DNA from: Azolla caroliniana
Lineage: Eukaryota > Plantae > Polypodiophyta
Direction of reading: 5' to 3'
Length of the DNA: 64,000 nt
Assembly: GCA_043228905.1 (NCBI GenBank)
Contig: JBHGNT010000014.1
Location: 19,096,001 to 19,160,000, forward strand
Shown here: piece after piece, positions 40,474 through 53,000 of the stretch
Position numbering within the stretch: the first letter of the stretch is position 1
How the letters are laid out: each line of letters opens with the position of its first letter
Notes under the pieces: generated by a model
Databases searched by the model: none
What the model was told of the DNA's origin: nothing
What the model saw: only the letters and a program-made list of their open reading frames with translations
Program-made: the position numbers and the translations under genes

Positions 40474-42267
40474 ATGTTTTCTCGAGCTATTCTCGCCCTC
40501 GTCCGCAGCACCTCTGACCTCCCCTCCACTGTCAGAATCCAGGAGAACCTCAGCTTCCGAACGATCTGCGCTTTCGCCACGCAGTGTGATCAGAATCCTT
40601 CTTCCACTTATCCTTGCTCGAATTCTTCTGTCGAGAATGCCAGGGTCTCCTCCAAAGCTAAGGAGTCTGGGAATCCATCCCTAATTGTTCGCAGACGAGC
40701 AAGAATCAAGGAGGGTCAGAAACCTACGGCTTCTTCATCATCCCGGGTGGAAACGTCTGAATTGGGAGCTGAAGATGAAGATGGAGAAGAAAGAACATGT
40801 GGCAGAAGATTTAAAAGCAAAGAAATTTCTTCTAGAACGGTAAGACACTCTTCTCCTGAAATGCAGGAAAATTTTGTGGATTCTCAAAACGTTAGGGCTT
40901 CTGAGAGCCTGGTTGCGACGAGAGAGCTTTCAGAGGAAGCTACTGTTTTGTCCAAAAGTCATGAATATGCAAATCCGTTGCTTCTTGTTCGCCGAAGAAC
41001 AAAATCGAAAAAAGATCAGAAGTATAGGGTTTCACCTCAGCCGGATACAAAGGATTCTGAGTCCGAACCTGAAGCAAAAACAGAGACAATCGGTGAAAGA
41101 GGATATAACATAAAGGGAATACTTTTTACAGAATGTAACGATGGTGAAAACCTGTATACAGATGTAACTGAAGCTTCGAGAGTATCTGTTGTTTCAGGAA
41201 CAGTGAAGGGGCCTCCTGACGAAAGACATGAAAGTACCATGGAATCTCGTGGGGATGCTCATGAAAATGTTATTGTTCCTGAGAGATTGGTTCTCAAAGT
41301 CGAGATTCTTGAAGAAGCAGGAGTACATCCATCAGATCTCGCCATTTTACTGAAGAAACGAGCTCTTGTTTCAGTTTCTTTCGAGAAGCTAAAGTCTGTC
41401 ATAAATCTCTTAAAAAGCTTTTTCGGAACAGGAGAGATGGCCTGTAAAGTTCTTGCACAAAATTCAGGTATTCTTTCCAGGCCTCTGGATCATCTAGAAT
41501 TCAAGTTGAAATGTCTAGAGGAGTTTGAACTAGAAGGAGAAACTTGTCAGAGAATTGGCACAGCTAAACACACCATATTAACAATGGCCGGTGAATCCCT
41601 TCACCAGAAGCTCTCTTATCTTCAAAGTATAGGTCTTTCTTCATCATCGATAAATGTTCTCTTATCGAGGTTTCCGCAAGTGCTTCGATTAACTGTCTCA
41701 GCATCCATAGAGCCAACACTTGTGTATCTAGAGAGCAAAGGTATGGAGAAGGATGAGATAAATACACTCATATTGAAACATCCTTCTCTTCTAGCCATGT
41801 CTGTGTGTAACAATCTGGACAAGAAGTTTGAATTGCTCGGTCAATTAGGTCTCTCCAATGAGGAATGCCACAAAGCTATCGGTTTTCTCACCTTACCTTC
41901 GTGTGAGAGAGCTAGGGCTGTGTTAGAGACTCTGAAAAGCTATGGTATCTCTGATCTCGACATAACAGAGATGGTGAGGAAGAATCCAGACATATTCTCT
42001 CGATCTCCGGAGAACATATCAAAGAAAATCGATTGGTTGATCAATGAAGGAAATCGAGATATCAAAGAAATCATACACTATCCAACGTGTCTTTGTTTTC
42101 ATCTTGATAATCGAATTGTTCCTCGGATCAATGCATTGAAGGAAACAAAGTTCAGGTCATGCCCTTTATCTACTGTCTTGTCGATGCCCGATGATTCATT
42201 CAGAGCTCAGTTTCATCTTCCCGATTTCCCTTCCTCTAAGAAGAGTCGGCAACCTAGAAGGCAATGA
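40474..42267 (+). CDS. mTERF: mTERF-family protein (organellar), intronless, 597 aa
   Basis: Repeated mTERF motifs (LSYLQSIGLS...LLSRFPQVL; LVYLESKGME...LILKHPSLL; MVRKNPDIF; YPTCLCFHLDNRIVPR) and an R/S/A/L-rich N-terminus MFSRAILALVRS resembling a mitochondrial presequence. Confidence 0.93.
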   Translation: MFSRAILALVRSTSDLPSTVRIQENLSFRTICAFATQCDQNPSSTYPCSNSSVENARVSSKAKESGNPSLIVRRRARIKEGQKPTASSSSRVETSELGAEDEDGEERTCGRRFKSKEISSRTVRHSSPEMQENFVDSQNVRASESLVATRELSEEATVLSKSHEYANPLLLVRRRTKSKKDQKYRVSPQPDTKDSESEPEAKTETIGERGYNIKGILFTECNDGENLYTDVTEASRVSVVSGTVKGPPDERHESTMESRGDAHENVIVPERLVLKVEILEEAGVHPSDLAILLKKRALVSVSFEKLKSVINLLKSFFGTGEMACKVLAQNSGILSRPLDHLEFKLKCLEEFELEGETCQRIGTAKHTILTMAGESLHQKLSYLQSIGLSSSSINVLLSRFPQVLRLTVSASIEPTLVYLESKGMEKDEINTLILKHPSLLAMSVCNNLDKKFELLGQLGLSNEECHKAIGFLTLPSCERARAVLETLKSYGISDLDITEMVRKNPDIFSRSPENISKKIDWLINEGNRDIKEIIHYPTCLCFHLDNRIVPRINALKETKFRSCPLSTVLSMPDDSFRAQFHLPDFPSSKKSRQPRRQ

Positions 42268-43699
42268 ATTCTTTTTCTTGTTTTTTGTTTAGTCACTAAA
42301 TTGATCTTAAAACACATCTTCTTTGCCTCCTTCTTCTTTCATTTTCGTGTTTGGGCTAAAAAAGTTCTAGGATTAATGGCACTCCCATTGAAGAAGGTAG
42401 TGAAGTGAATGAACTTTTCTTTGCTAAAATTAGCTTTGAAAAAACATTGCCCCATTGTTAGAAGCTTTTAAAAATGGCTCCCAATAAATATGAGATTCTC
42501 TCCCTTCTCTGAATAAAGTTAGAAGTCAAAATTTCTTTGCTACAAAATGGCTTCAAGAGAAGTCTTAAGAAGATAGCAAAATTTCCTTGCAAAATACACA
42601 AGAATTATTTATTCTTTTCCAGGATGTAACGGGTGAGTGCTCTCAAAAACTTCTTAGTTGATTGTGGATAATATTCTGTCAGATTTTCTACGTCAGACCC
42701 CATGTCAGTTTTTGTGTTTATTTTGGAGATATGTTTGGTCAGAGTAAACTCTGCTTTCAACTTTTTAGTATTGTGAATGCTTTCAGCTTAAATCTGGTAG
42801 AGCTCGGAGAAGGGAATACTAATGTTTGAAGAAGATGAAAAACTACTTATTTTTTATTCCATGGTTCTTTTGCTATATAACATGTGTCTTGCATTGTGCT
42901 GCATTTTTTGACTCATGCAGCATGATAAGATGCATTTACTACAGAATCTGTTCTTGCTTCTGTTTATGCTAAATTGAGGTTCTTATAATTTAGCAGACGA
43001 TGCAAATTTGTGTCAAATTATTTGTTTGAATCAATCATGGATAAGAATTCAATCACTAATCTTGTTGAACAATTAATATTATTGGCTACTTGCTCTGCTA
43101 TAGACAAGCAATATCATCTCCTTGCCTAATGAAATGACATGAAGTCTTTTGAAGGCCAAAGTGACCAATGAGAACAAAAGTTACATCCATGTGAAATCTT
43201 ATAGAGGGCTGGGAAAATAAAGCAAAAATGAGTTGTACCTAAGCAATGTTATGTTTCTATATCTATGTTAACAGTCTGAGCAGAAGGCTTGTCAGATATT
43301 TCCAACCATGAAGGACTGAATGCTATATGCTATACATGTACAGTGTTGAAATAGGAGGTATGTTTTATTTGTTGTGAATATAAGCTTCTTATTTCTGTGT
43401 AATACTCTGAGCATAAGATTTTTCAATAACTGAAGATAATCCCATATTTTGTCGTATCATATCATGGCATATTTCTGAAGTATGCAAGGTGCCTTCATCA
43501 CTCAAGGATTCACGTGAAACTGATTGTTTGGGTCTTCCATTTTCCTTTATTTTCATCTTATTGCTGGTGCCAAGTGATATAAGAATGCACCTTCTTGTAT
43601 AGTATTGGCGTCGAAGCACAATAAGAATATTTTGTCCACTCATATAGTAGGTATTATTACGTGGGAGAAATTTTGAAGCGAAACATCTTTGGAGTGATA

Positions 43700-45350
43700 A
43701 ACAAATGATATGATTGATATATGGGAAGAGGAGATTAGAATCCCTTCATGATAGCAATGCATGTGTGAAACACTATGTGTAGGTAGATGAAAAGGTTTAA
43801 AAGAGATTGTCTTGTGTTATGGACTTCAGTGTATAGAGCAACAATGTTGGGTAATTGGATTTGATTTATCAATCATATCAAATTGGCCAAGGGCTCGAAT
43901 ATTTCCCATTCGATTTAAAATAGATTAGTCATACAACTATAGTTCCATTATTCTAAACTAAGAAAGAGGTCCTATCAGACTTAGAGCCAAATTGCATTAA
44001 TTTAAGATAAGATGATGATTTGGCGATTCAAACATAATTTGATTGAAGTACGTGCAACTCTTATTAAAAAACTTCTAAAAGATCGAGCTCAACTGCCATT
44101 TGATTTGGATTGTGTTTTTATGTGTTTGCACCTTGGGGATACAAAGAGGAAAATAAGGCACTTGATAATGCAACGACAAATTTGTACGATAAACAATTGA
44201 TAAATTTTGTCCACGTCAATAAATCTAACAACCAATGTGGTAGTTGTAAGATAGCCAATTTGACAAATTTTGCCCACACTAAACAATCAATGTAGTAGTT
44301 GTATCTTACAACAAGAGAGTCAAATCATTGTAAAGTTTATATGAATCTCTTGACATGTCTATACTTAAAAAGTGTAATATCTTGCAAATTTTTTAAAAGT
44401 CGACAATTCTTACCATGTGACAATGTGAAATAATCCAAAAAAGACAAACAACAAACATGGAACAACCACTTTTTCTGGGAAAGGAGTTATTTCTTCTTTG
44501 TGATGCATATTCTTACTTCGTTGACAAACATATTATTTTAATCCATTCTATCAAGGGTGTTGGCTAGAAATTAGTTGGCCAAATCAATGGGCAGTTATTT
44601 CATTTCTTTTAACAATATACCCTTAACGAAGCCATAATTAGTTTTTTTATTTCCCAATGCTCTCTTCTAGGGTTGCTCAATGTCACACACAATTATGAAA
44701 TCCATACTTGGTACCACCTTGTCCACGTTCCCTCTAGAAAGAAAGATAGGGCAACACAAGTAGGGTCCATTGACTTCTATAACCTATATCAATGAAGTAT
44801 GATACAAGCATACACATAGATAGGTTGGGAAGTTATAGATAGGGGTTCAATCTAATACAATTATGTTTGATCTTGGAAACAACTAGAAAAGGTTTTTTTG
44901 ATACACACAATAAACTTTACCAAGTGTAAACTACTTCGCAACAACGCTAATATTAATCTCTTGAGTCTTAAGGATTGATTGTGTTATAATCTCTTTCATA
45001 CTAATTGATGCTAAACTCTTCGTCCTTCTTGGCATATAATTGGTAACATAAAGCTTTGACTGTAAGCTCATGATGATAGCTCAATCCCCACGATTTACTA
45101 CAATTGAGGATTTGGTGCCACATTGTCTTAGACTTCTGTCCCAACACATAAGTATGCATATATTTTACCTCAATATATGTGCTCGGACAACAAAGTTGCT
45201 CACTCCAACATCTTGTGCAACCAATTGATTTGTGTTCGATTAGCATATGCTTTCATTGGAGCCCGATCCATTCGTGACCACAACACATGCGGTCCTTCAT
45301 GAGAGAAAAACCACAAACATCCCGTCACCACATCTATGTGGACATTCGTC
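43700..45350 (-). mobile_element. Old decayed L1-type LINE ORF2 (RT region)
   Basis: Minus-strand relics: LCYQLYAK (~FYxxLY), LSRG..GQGG (~SRGVRQGCP), FLANTL (~FADDT position); many stops and frameshifts. Confidence 0.45.
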
Positions 45351-45371
45351 CAATCAGACCAAGAAACTAGG

Positions 45372-45852
45372 GCAATGGGAAAACCATTGTGCGCTAAGCC
45401 GAACTGAACCGTTAAGCCATGGTTTAATGGTTGATTGGTTTCAAGAAATATTAATGGTTTGGATTTTAAATAAATGGTTTGATTTAAGTTTGGTTCGATT
45501 CTAAAACTTGGGTTTATCAATTTATAGGTTTAAAGGTTTATTGGTTAACTTTTTTTTCACCTTAATAGTTTATTAATTGATTGGTTTAATTAATGATTTA
45601 ATAAATTTAACTAAAATGCCTATTTGTTTTGATGTATTTTTATTTATTTAGATTTTTAATTAGTTTGAGTTTAATGATTAGGTTTAAATGTTTTATTAAA
45701 TGGTTCGGTTTGGTTTCAACTTTTCCCTAAACGGTTTGGTTTACCTTTTCTTAAAGGGTTTGGTTTAAATGGCTTGAGAGTTCATAAACGGTTTGGTTTC
45801 AAGGCAAAGGAACCGAACCGAACCAAAACCAAAACCAAACCTCGCCCATTGC
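45372..45852. mobile_element. MITE-like element with AACCG/CGGTT subterminal repeats
   Basis: Short TIR GCAATGGG (45372) / CCCATTGC (45845-45852), AT-rich core, many AACCGAACC and GGTTCGGTTTGGTT repeats. Confidence 0.65.
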
Positions 45853-46169
45853 AATGCTCCTCTCAGTGGTTTTCTCTCATGAAAATGCTTCAAAATTTTG
45901 AGATAGAAACTGAAAGGGATTCATTCAACATACTTTTGCTTATAAATTATACACTCCATTTTGAGAAGATACCACATATTTTCATTTTAATGTGAGTTGG
46001 GTGATCTCTCTTTCTCAGAACAGAACAAAGACATCATATACACCTCTGTAAAACCCTAATTTGTTTTCTCCTTCACATCGCATGTCTCTTTAACTGGCTT
46101 TTCTTGCTACCCCTGGCAATCTGATCGTTCTCTATTCACCTTTAATTGTAGATTTCTTCATCGCTAGCC

Positions 46170-46948
46170 ATGGCGAAACTTGGAGACCTCGCGTTCAAGA
46201 CTACAACAGGGTTCTTAGGTATCTGTACCATATTGTTTGGAGCAAATTTGATCTTCAATACTGGTCGAGGGATGGCATGGCATCTGGAAAATTCTGTGAG
46301 TGAATTGATATTTTTTATTCCTACACACGTGTATGTATAATTTGTAATCGTTGATGATAGATCTTGTGGTAAATCTGGGTCAAGAAAGGAATAAAAAAAT
46401 GGTTCGGGGTTTAGGATTTTAGTGACATGTCATTTGGAAAATTTTATGAGCATATTGATGTTTTTCTTTATATATGTGCATATATATTTGGTTTGTTATC
46501 CTCGATGACGGTTCTTGTAGTCAAAGTAAATATAGGTCAATCAATGAGCTTAGAAAGGAACACAGAAAGAAAGATTAAGTGAAGAGAGAAAGAAAGTCCA
46601 TGTCAATGATCCCAGAGATAGATAGATAGAAAAATGCCATTTTCAATTTCGGCTAGCCAGAACAATTTGGAAGCGTCAATCTAGGTGACATAATGATCTG
46701 AGAAAGATGGTTATGTTAAATCGGAACCTGTTGTGAGACAACTTGAGAGTACAACCAATTCACGTAGTTGATTAATTATAGGGCACTATATGTCTAAGTA
46801 ATGGTTTGAGATATAATGAAAATAAAGGAAGACATTTTTAGTTTCTACTGTAGGCTGAAGTCAACCTATGCAACAATTTGGAAGTACAAACAAATCATGA
46901 AGTTATCTATAATCTAGGTAAAGTAATGATTGAGAAGAAAGAAAATTG

Positions 46949-47002
<54 letters not shown>

Positions 47003-50000
47003 TATTAACATCTAGTAGAGGCTGAATTTTGTTTATGAGACAATTCAGAGTACAACAGAAAGAACATTATATTAATATATTGTAAAAGTGGAAGTTGCCT
47101 ATTAGACAATTGAGGAGTACGACTGGTTTATAGAATCAATGGAATCTTTGTCACTTGATGATCTGAGGAGGAAAGAATGAATGAAGGTAAATTACTAAGT
47201 TATGTTAACATTTACTAGATGTAGAAAATTGGGCTATGAGGAGATGGGCTCCTGAATAGTAATAAAGAGAAAATAATATGGAAAACTGAAGAGGATGATA
47301 AGAGCTCTGATAGAGAGAAAAAAATGATGAATCTTCTAAAAGGGCCAAAGGTAGCTTGGGAGACCCAAAAGACTTCTCATTGTTTGTATGCATGTGATTT
47401 ATAATAATGAGAAGGTAAAGTTCCTGCAAAATGCTGAAATTGAGACCATTAAACTAAGCTGATTAACATGAATTTTATATCATATGAGTTCAATGAGGAA
47501 ATATAAGCTATATGTCCTGTGAACAGCCTTGATACATTAAACTTTTAGTAAATATTTTTGAACTAGTGTTATTGAGGAGTTTTCATAAGATAGGAATGCT
47601 GCTGCAAATAAGAACACATTTGAGAAAAGCTGAAAGCAGGGTGAAAACCAAAAAATAGCATAAAGGGGGTTTATCAACATAGAACGAAAGAAAGAAAGAA
47701 AGATATATTAACGTCTTTTAAGAGGCCAAAATGGCCTATAAGACCAACCAAGAGATTACATCGTAAGTGTTGTCTCGTCTTTGAGAACAAACAAAGGGGG
47801 TTTATCAACATAGAACGAAAGAAAGAACGAAAGAAAGAAAGAAAGATATATTAACGTCTTTTAAGAGGCCAAAATGGCCTATAAGACCAACCAAGAGATT
47901 ACATCGTAAGTGTTGTCTCGTCTTTGAGAACAAACAAATCAAAATAAATAAATATTACTACGTAAATATAAAAGTAAATAAGATAAAAAGAGACGAGGGA
48001 ATAGTTTTTGGCACATGTGAGATTCTCAAGTTAGATGTATTGTAACTTTTGTCTTCAAAAGATCTCTAGCATAGGTCAATCTGGAATGCAAAGGTCTCCG
48101 AAGCGAGGGAAGCACCTGTGATGGCGGGAGATAATGGCTTTTATTTGTCAATGACAAGGGTGTTGAGGTCGTGGTCCATGGGGCCGGGGCCGACGTGCAC
48201 GACAAATTGCTATTACCCGATCAATTGTAACCCCTTTGTTATGTCCTGGTCGGGAGCTCATTTGTGTATCTCTTGATTGACTTGTAGCATTAGTAGGAGT
48301 GATGGGGCTAAAGAAAGTTGTGATTGTTCTTTGTGGATGAGCTTGTGTGGATGTATTCTTCAATAACTTTTCTTGATGTCTCTTCAGCTCTAGCAAGAAA
48401 AGTCTTAGGCATTGTTGGTCCTAATATTCTATTACCTTGCGTAGCAGGCCAAATCCTTGTTTAAAGAGGCAATGGTATCTCCCTCTGATTTCATAAAAGA
48501 CACTATAGTGACAAACATAGTGTTCTTCGGATTCCACTCAATGACACAATTGGCAAATTCTTTCTTCTAGAGGTATTCATGTATATTTGCTTACCTCAAT
48601 TTGTAACTGATGCGATGAAGTTCGTAGCTGCCCTTTCACATGGCGCATCACATAGGATAGATGTATGTCCATATAAGGTGGCCTGATGATGAATCCATCC
48701 TCCGATGTGTGTAAGACGTGTGTCTTATAGTGGGCCATCTTCGTACCAAGTGATATTTTGGGGCTGATCCATGTTACCTTGTTTTCCAAGTTAATAATAT
48801 CAGTTCGGATCACTCTATTCTTTTCCACTTTGGTCATATTTAGATGGGGATAATCCAAGCTATATTGGAACGGGGGTAGTACATCTGTCCTCATGCCATG
48901 TGACTCGAACCATTGCTGCATTTCAGCATACCAACAATGAATGTCTCCATTTTCAGCCAGTTGTCTTGATGACATAAGTGCCAACCTTGGGTACCTTCGT
49001 TTAGGGAGCTCCCAAAGACGTTGGATAAATGTTACTGATTGGAACAATGCCTCGGTGATTATAGGTGTTGCTCCCATCTCTGCCCGGATTATATCGTGGG
49101 GCACTGATGCTTTGCTCCTTATCATGCGGGCAATCATTGACACTAAAGGTCTCTCAAAATCTTTCTAATTATTTGCCTTGTTAAGACTCGGTCCCCATGT
49201 TTCTACTCCATAGAGAAGAGTTGGTGTGACAAGTGTATCAAATAACCATAGCTTAGTTCGTGGCTCTTGGAATTGCAAATGTGCACATTGTCTCTCGAGA
49301 GCACCAAGGGTTTTTATCCACGAGAAAGTCGGGCACAAGTAGCCTCCTGTAAGGAGAACTGAGGCCCTGTAAATGTTACTCCAAGGTATGTGTAGGAGCG
49401 TGTGTATTCCACCTTTTCCCCTCCCAAGAAGAATTCCGGTTCTGATCTTGTTACCCATGCTTGAGTGGTGTTAAACACCATCACTTTAGTTTTATCCATG
49501 TTGATTGACAAACCTTTGTCCATACAAAATAGTTTTAAGGCATTTAAAACTATTTTGTAGTCCCTCTGGAGAGTCAGAAATCAGCACAATATCATCAGCA
49601 TATAGTAATATTTGTATAGCTATACCTGCTAGGTGTGCTCCCGAACTCCTGAATCTCTCTATGTAATGTGATACCTCATCTATATAGAGACTGAAGAGAG
49701 TGGGTGATAGTGGGCATCCTTGCTTCACTCTAATTGTGCTAGCCACCGACTCTGACAAACCCTTGGAAGACCACACTTTTCCTAACACGGATTCATAGAG
49801 TGCATAGATTCCCCATTGCATATTTGTAGAAACACCAAGGGCTTCTAGCTGCTGCATAAGCCGAGCACGTGCCACAATGTCAAAGGCTTTTCGGAAATCC
49901 ACAAAGCAGCAATAAATCCTCTTACTATGGGCTCTGCCCTCCTCAATAATGGCCCGGAGGGTCAATATGTGATCCAAAGTTGTGAACCCCTTCCGAAAGC

Positions 50001-53000
50001 CTGCTTGTCCAACTGAACGGCAGCCATTCTGCTCTGCCCATATACTCAATTCTGATTCTAGAATTGAGCCATATAGTTTAGCCAAGTAATGGCCTATCAT
50101 GATTGTCCTATAGTTGCTTGGCATCATGGGGTCTCCACTCTTGAAGATTGGCACAATGGTATGTTGAGTCCATTATGTAGGGAAACCTTCACACATGGCT
50201 CTATTAAAGATGTGTGCTTGCAATGGGAGCAAGGTGTCATGGACATAGATAAAGTGCTCACCCACCAATCCATCATGATCTTGGGCCTTCCCAAATTGTA
50301 GCCGATCAATGGCATTTCTTACATTTTGTGGAGTAAAAAAGGTTGATTCATGTGGGTGTGAGCCTAATGTTGGTGGGAAAGAGGAGGTCGCCCTGGGATA
50401 TCATATAGGACCTTTGCATATTCATGTCACACCTGAGGTGAGGTCAGTTGTGTGGTAGGTTGCCTCTCATTAAACATTTTCCATGCTCTTTTACTTTCTT
50501 GTCCTAGAAAAACAAGCAATACAAATGATCTTCAAATTTAGCCAAATACAATCTCTTCTTCTTCCTTATGAGGCGTTGAAAGGCTGGTCTCGCGTGTTTG
50601 TGTGTATAAATGCCCTGAGTTACTTCACGCTGCAAGCATCTCCTTGTATCACGCCATTCCTCATCATACCAACTATTTTGTATTACTCTACCAAGTTTGG
50701 GGGGATTGGCCGTTCTGTGAGGAAAGGCATTTGTGGCTGCTTTATGCAATGATTTTGACAATCCTTGGGTAAGTTCATCAAGGGTGCAAAAGGATCCAAA
50801 TCTAGCATGCCATTGTATACCCAACAACTGTACACATCAATTTTCTCTCGAGTAAATAGATACTTAGCCAGCCCGCTCTCCTTAGCATATACATCCCTTG
50901 TGCATCCATCCTTTACCTCAAAGCGTAGATATGCATGATCTGCTGCCAAGCCAATAGGTCTATCCAATATAGTGAACTCTTTTATTTCAGGTATAAGAGA
51001 TGGAGATCCCATTAGATAATTGAGTGGGCTTGCACCTCGTTTTGGGTTCCAACATTTCAAAGCATCTGATCCAGGCCATTGTGATAGAGAAAGAGACACA
51101 AGTTAGGGTAATGTACCTAACTCTCCACAGGGTCTCCAATGCTAGGGGATGATGCCTTGAAAAGCCAGGGACTCTTTTATTATGAAAAATAAGTGAGTTG
51201 ACAGTTGATTAGGCTGCCATCTATATGACATCATTGCAAAACAGGTAGCACAGAATAAGGGCCTGCTAAAGCTTCCACCTTTATTGCAGAATAGGTGATA
51301 CAGATTAAAGGCACCTAGGTTTTTTTACTCCAACAATCACTCACTTCATGAACCAAATGACTACCAATAGAAGAAGCAATGCTGATGAAGTGTGTTGGGG
51401 AGACACTTTGTAGATAGTTTGCCAGTTCTTGACTCATATCAATCTTTATTAGCCAGATTAAGCCATCCTCAATCACCTCATGAATGAAGGGATATCGGAC
51501 TACTTTTTCTATGCATGAAACATGGTGTTCTTTGCCAAGCATATGGCACTTTGACTGTAACATTGTAAGATTGGAACTTGCTGGGGAAGTTCAGAATTGG
51601 TACATAGGTGAGCTGAACTGAAAGGCTTCCTTGGAAGCTTCTGTAGCTGAGATGCACTCAGTTTCTTTGATAAAAATCGTGATTATCCATTAAAGCTGAG
51701 AGCCTCATGAAATAGTTCCTCTTGGAATAATGAATATGTATTTGCTAAAAGACTTCCAAATATCGACATTGCTGGTCATGTCAGATCACATTAGCCGTGG
51801 AGATTCAGATCCCATTTGTCATAGCGTAGGAATTTGTCCTTAGTGCGGTGAAAATACAAGAGTGTGAACTTGACTGCAGCCCAATGGCACAATGCGTGGT
51901 CGAGACATGAATCTTCTGACTAGACCTATTGCTACCATAACGTAAATCAATGATTTGCAAACTGAGTTATATAAGTCTTCATCTCTTCTGATGTTGTATC
52001 AATAGTAGGACAATCTGCCTTTGAAAGTTTCTCTTGATGCTGAAGACGTTTTGAAATTGCATATGAAATCTATCCAATACCATCTCAGTATACTTCTCCT
52101 GAGGTAAGAGACAACTTCTTTGTTTGTCTCACCTTATCCTCAAGCCAAGAACATGCTCGGCATGTCTAAAAGTCCATAATACAATATTGTGAATTTGCCT
52201 TTTATTTCTCCTAGAGTCATGTCATGTTTTTCTGCAATTAACGTGTCGTCAGTGTACAAAACTAGTATAACAGTGCTGCAATCTTCGTCATTAACCTGTT
52301 TCAGCCTGCAAAGGCTCTGATGGAGTTTGCATACCAAATGCGTCTTCCCTAGAATTACAAATTATTTTGGTTGCGTCATATATAGCTCTTGTCCAGATCT
52401 AGTGGAAAGTTACCTTGTCACTGCTCAGCAGGCACATCAGCATGTTTGGATTGTTGTTTTTCGTCGTGTAATCTTTTGTTTGGTGTTATAGACCATTTTG
52501 GCCTCTTAAACTTGTTAATATATCATTCTTTCTTCATATTCAGGGTCTGCAATTTGCTATCCATCTTTTGGCAAGTAATTTGGTTGTCTATAGACGATTG
52601 TCCATCTCCTTAATTGCCATTTTTGGGTCAATGACTAGCACGCACTGTTCTTGCTGAAATATAGTTATTTTCTTTGGTTTTGATGTATCTATAGCTTTTA
52701 GCAGCTTTGTTTCATCAAACACGACGTCTCGGCTTCTGACCACTTTTCTAAACTGTGGTCATTAAACCCTATGTCTCATCTCACCATACCCAAAGGAAGA
52801 TACCCCTGAGGAATTTAGCATCCATTTGTCATCAGTTCTTGCTGGATGTGAACAAATGATAGCCAAAGATGTGTCAAGATGGTCATGGCAGGTCTGCCGA
52901 ACCAAACCTCCTCCAGTATGTCATTTTTAAGTGAATTGCGTGGGCACCAATTAAAAATATGAACCAACAATGAAACTACTTAAAATAGTCCATCCAATAG

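Noticed and set aside
39802-40580. Several 60-190 aa ORFs, and a CRISPR-like reading of the palindromic array
   Set aside because: ORFs arise from GC-rich and simple repeats; the loops are related to one another rather than unique spacers.
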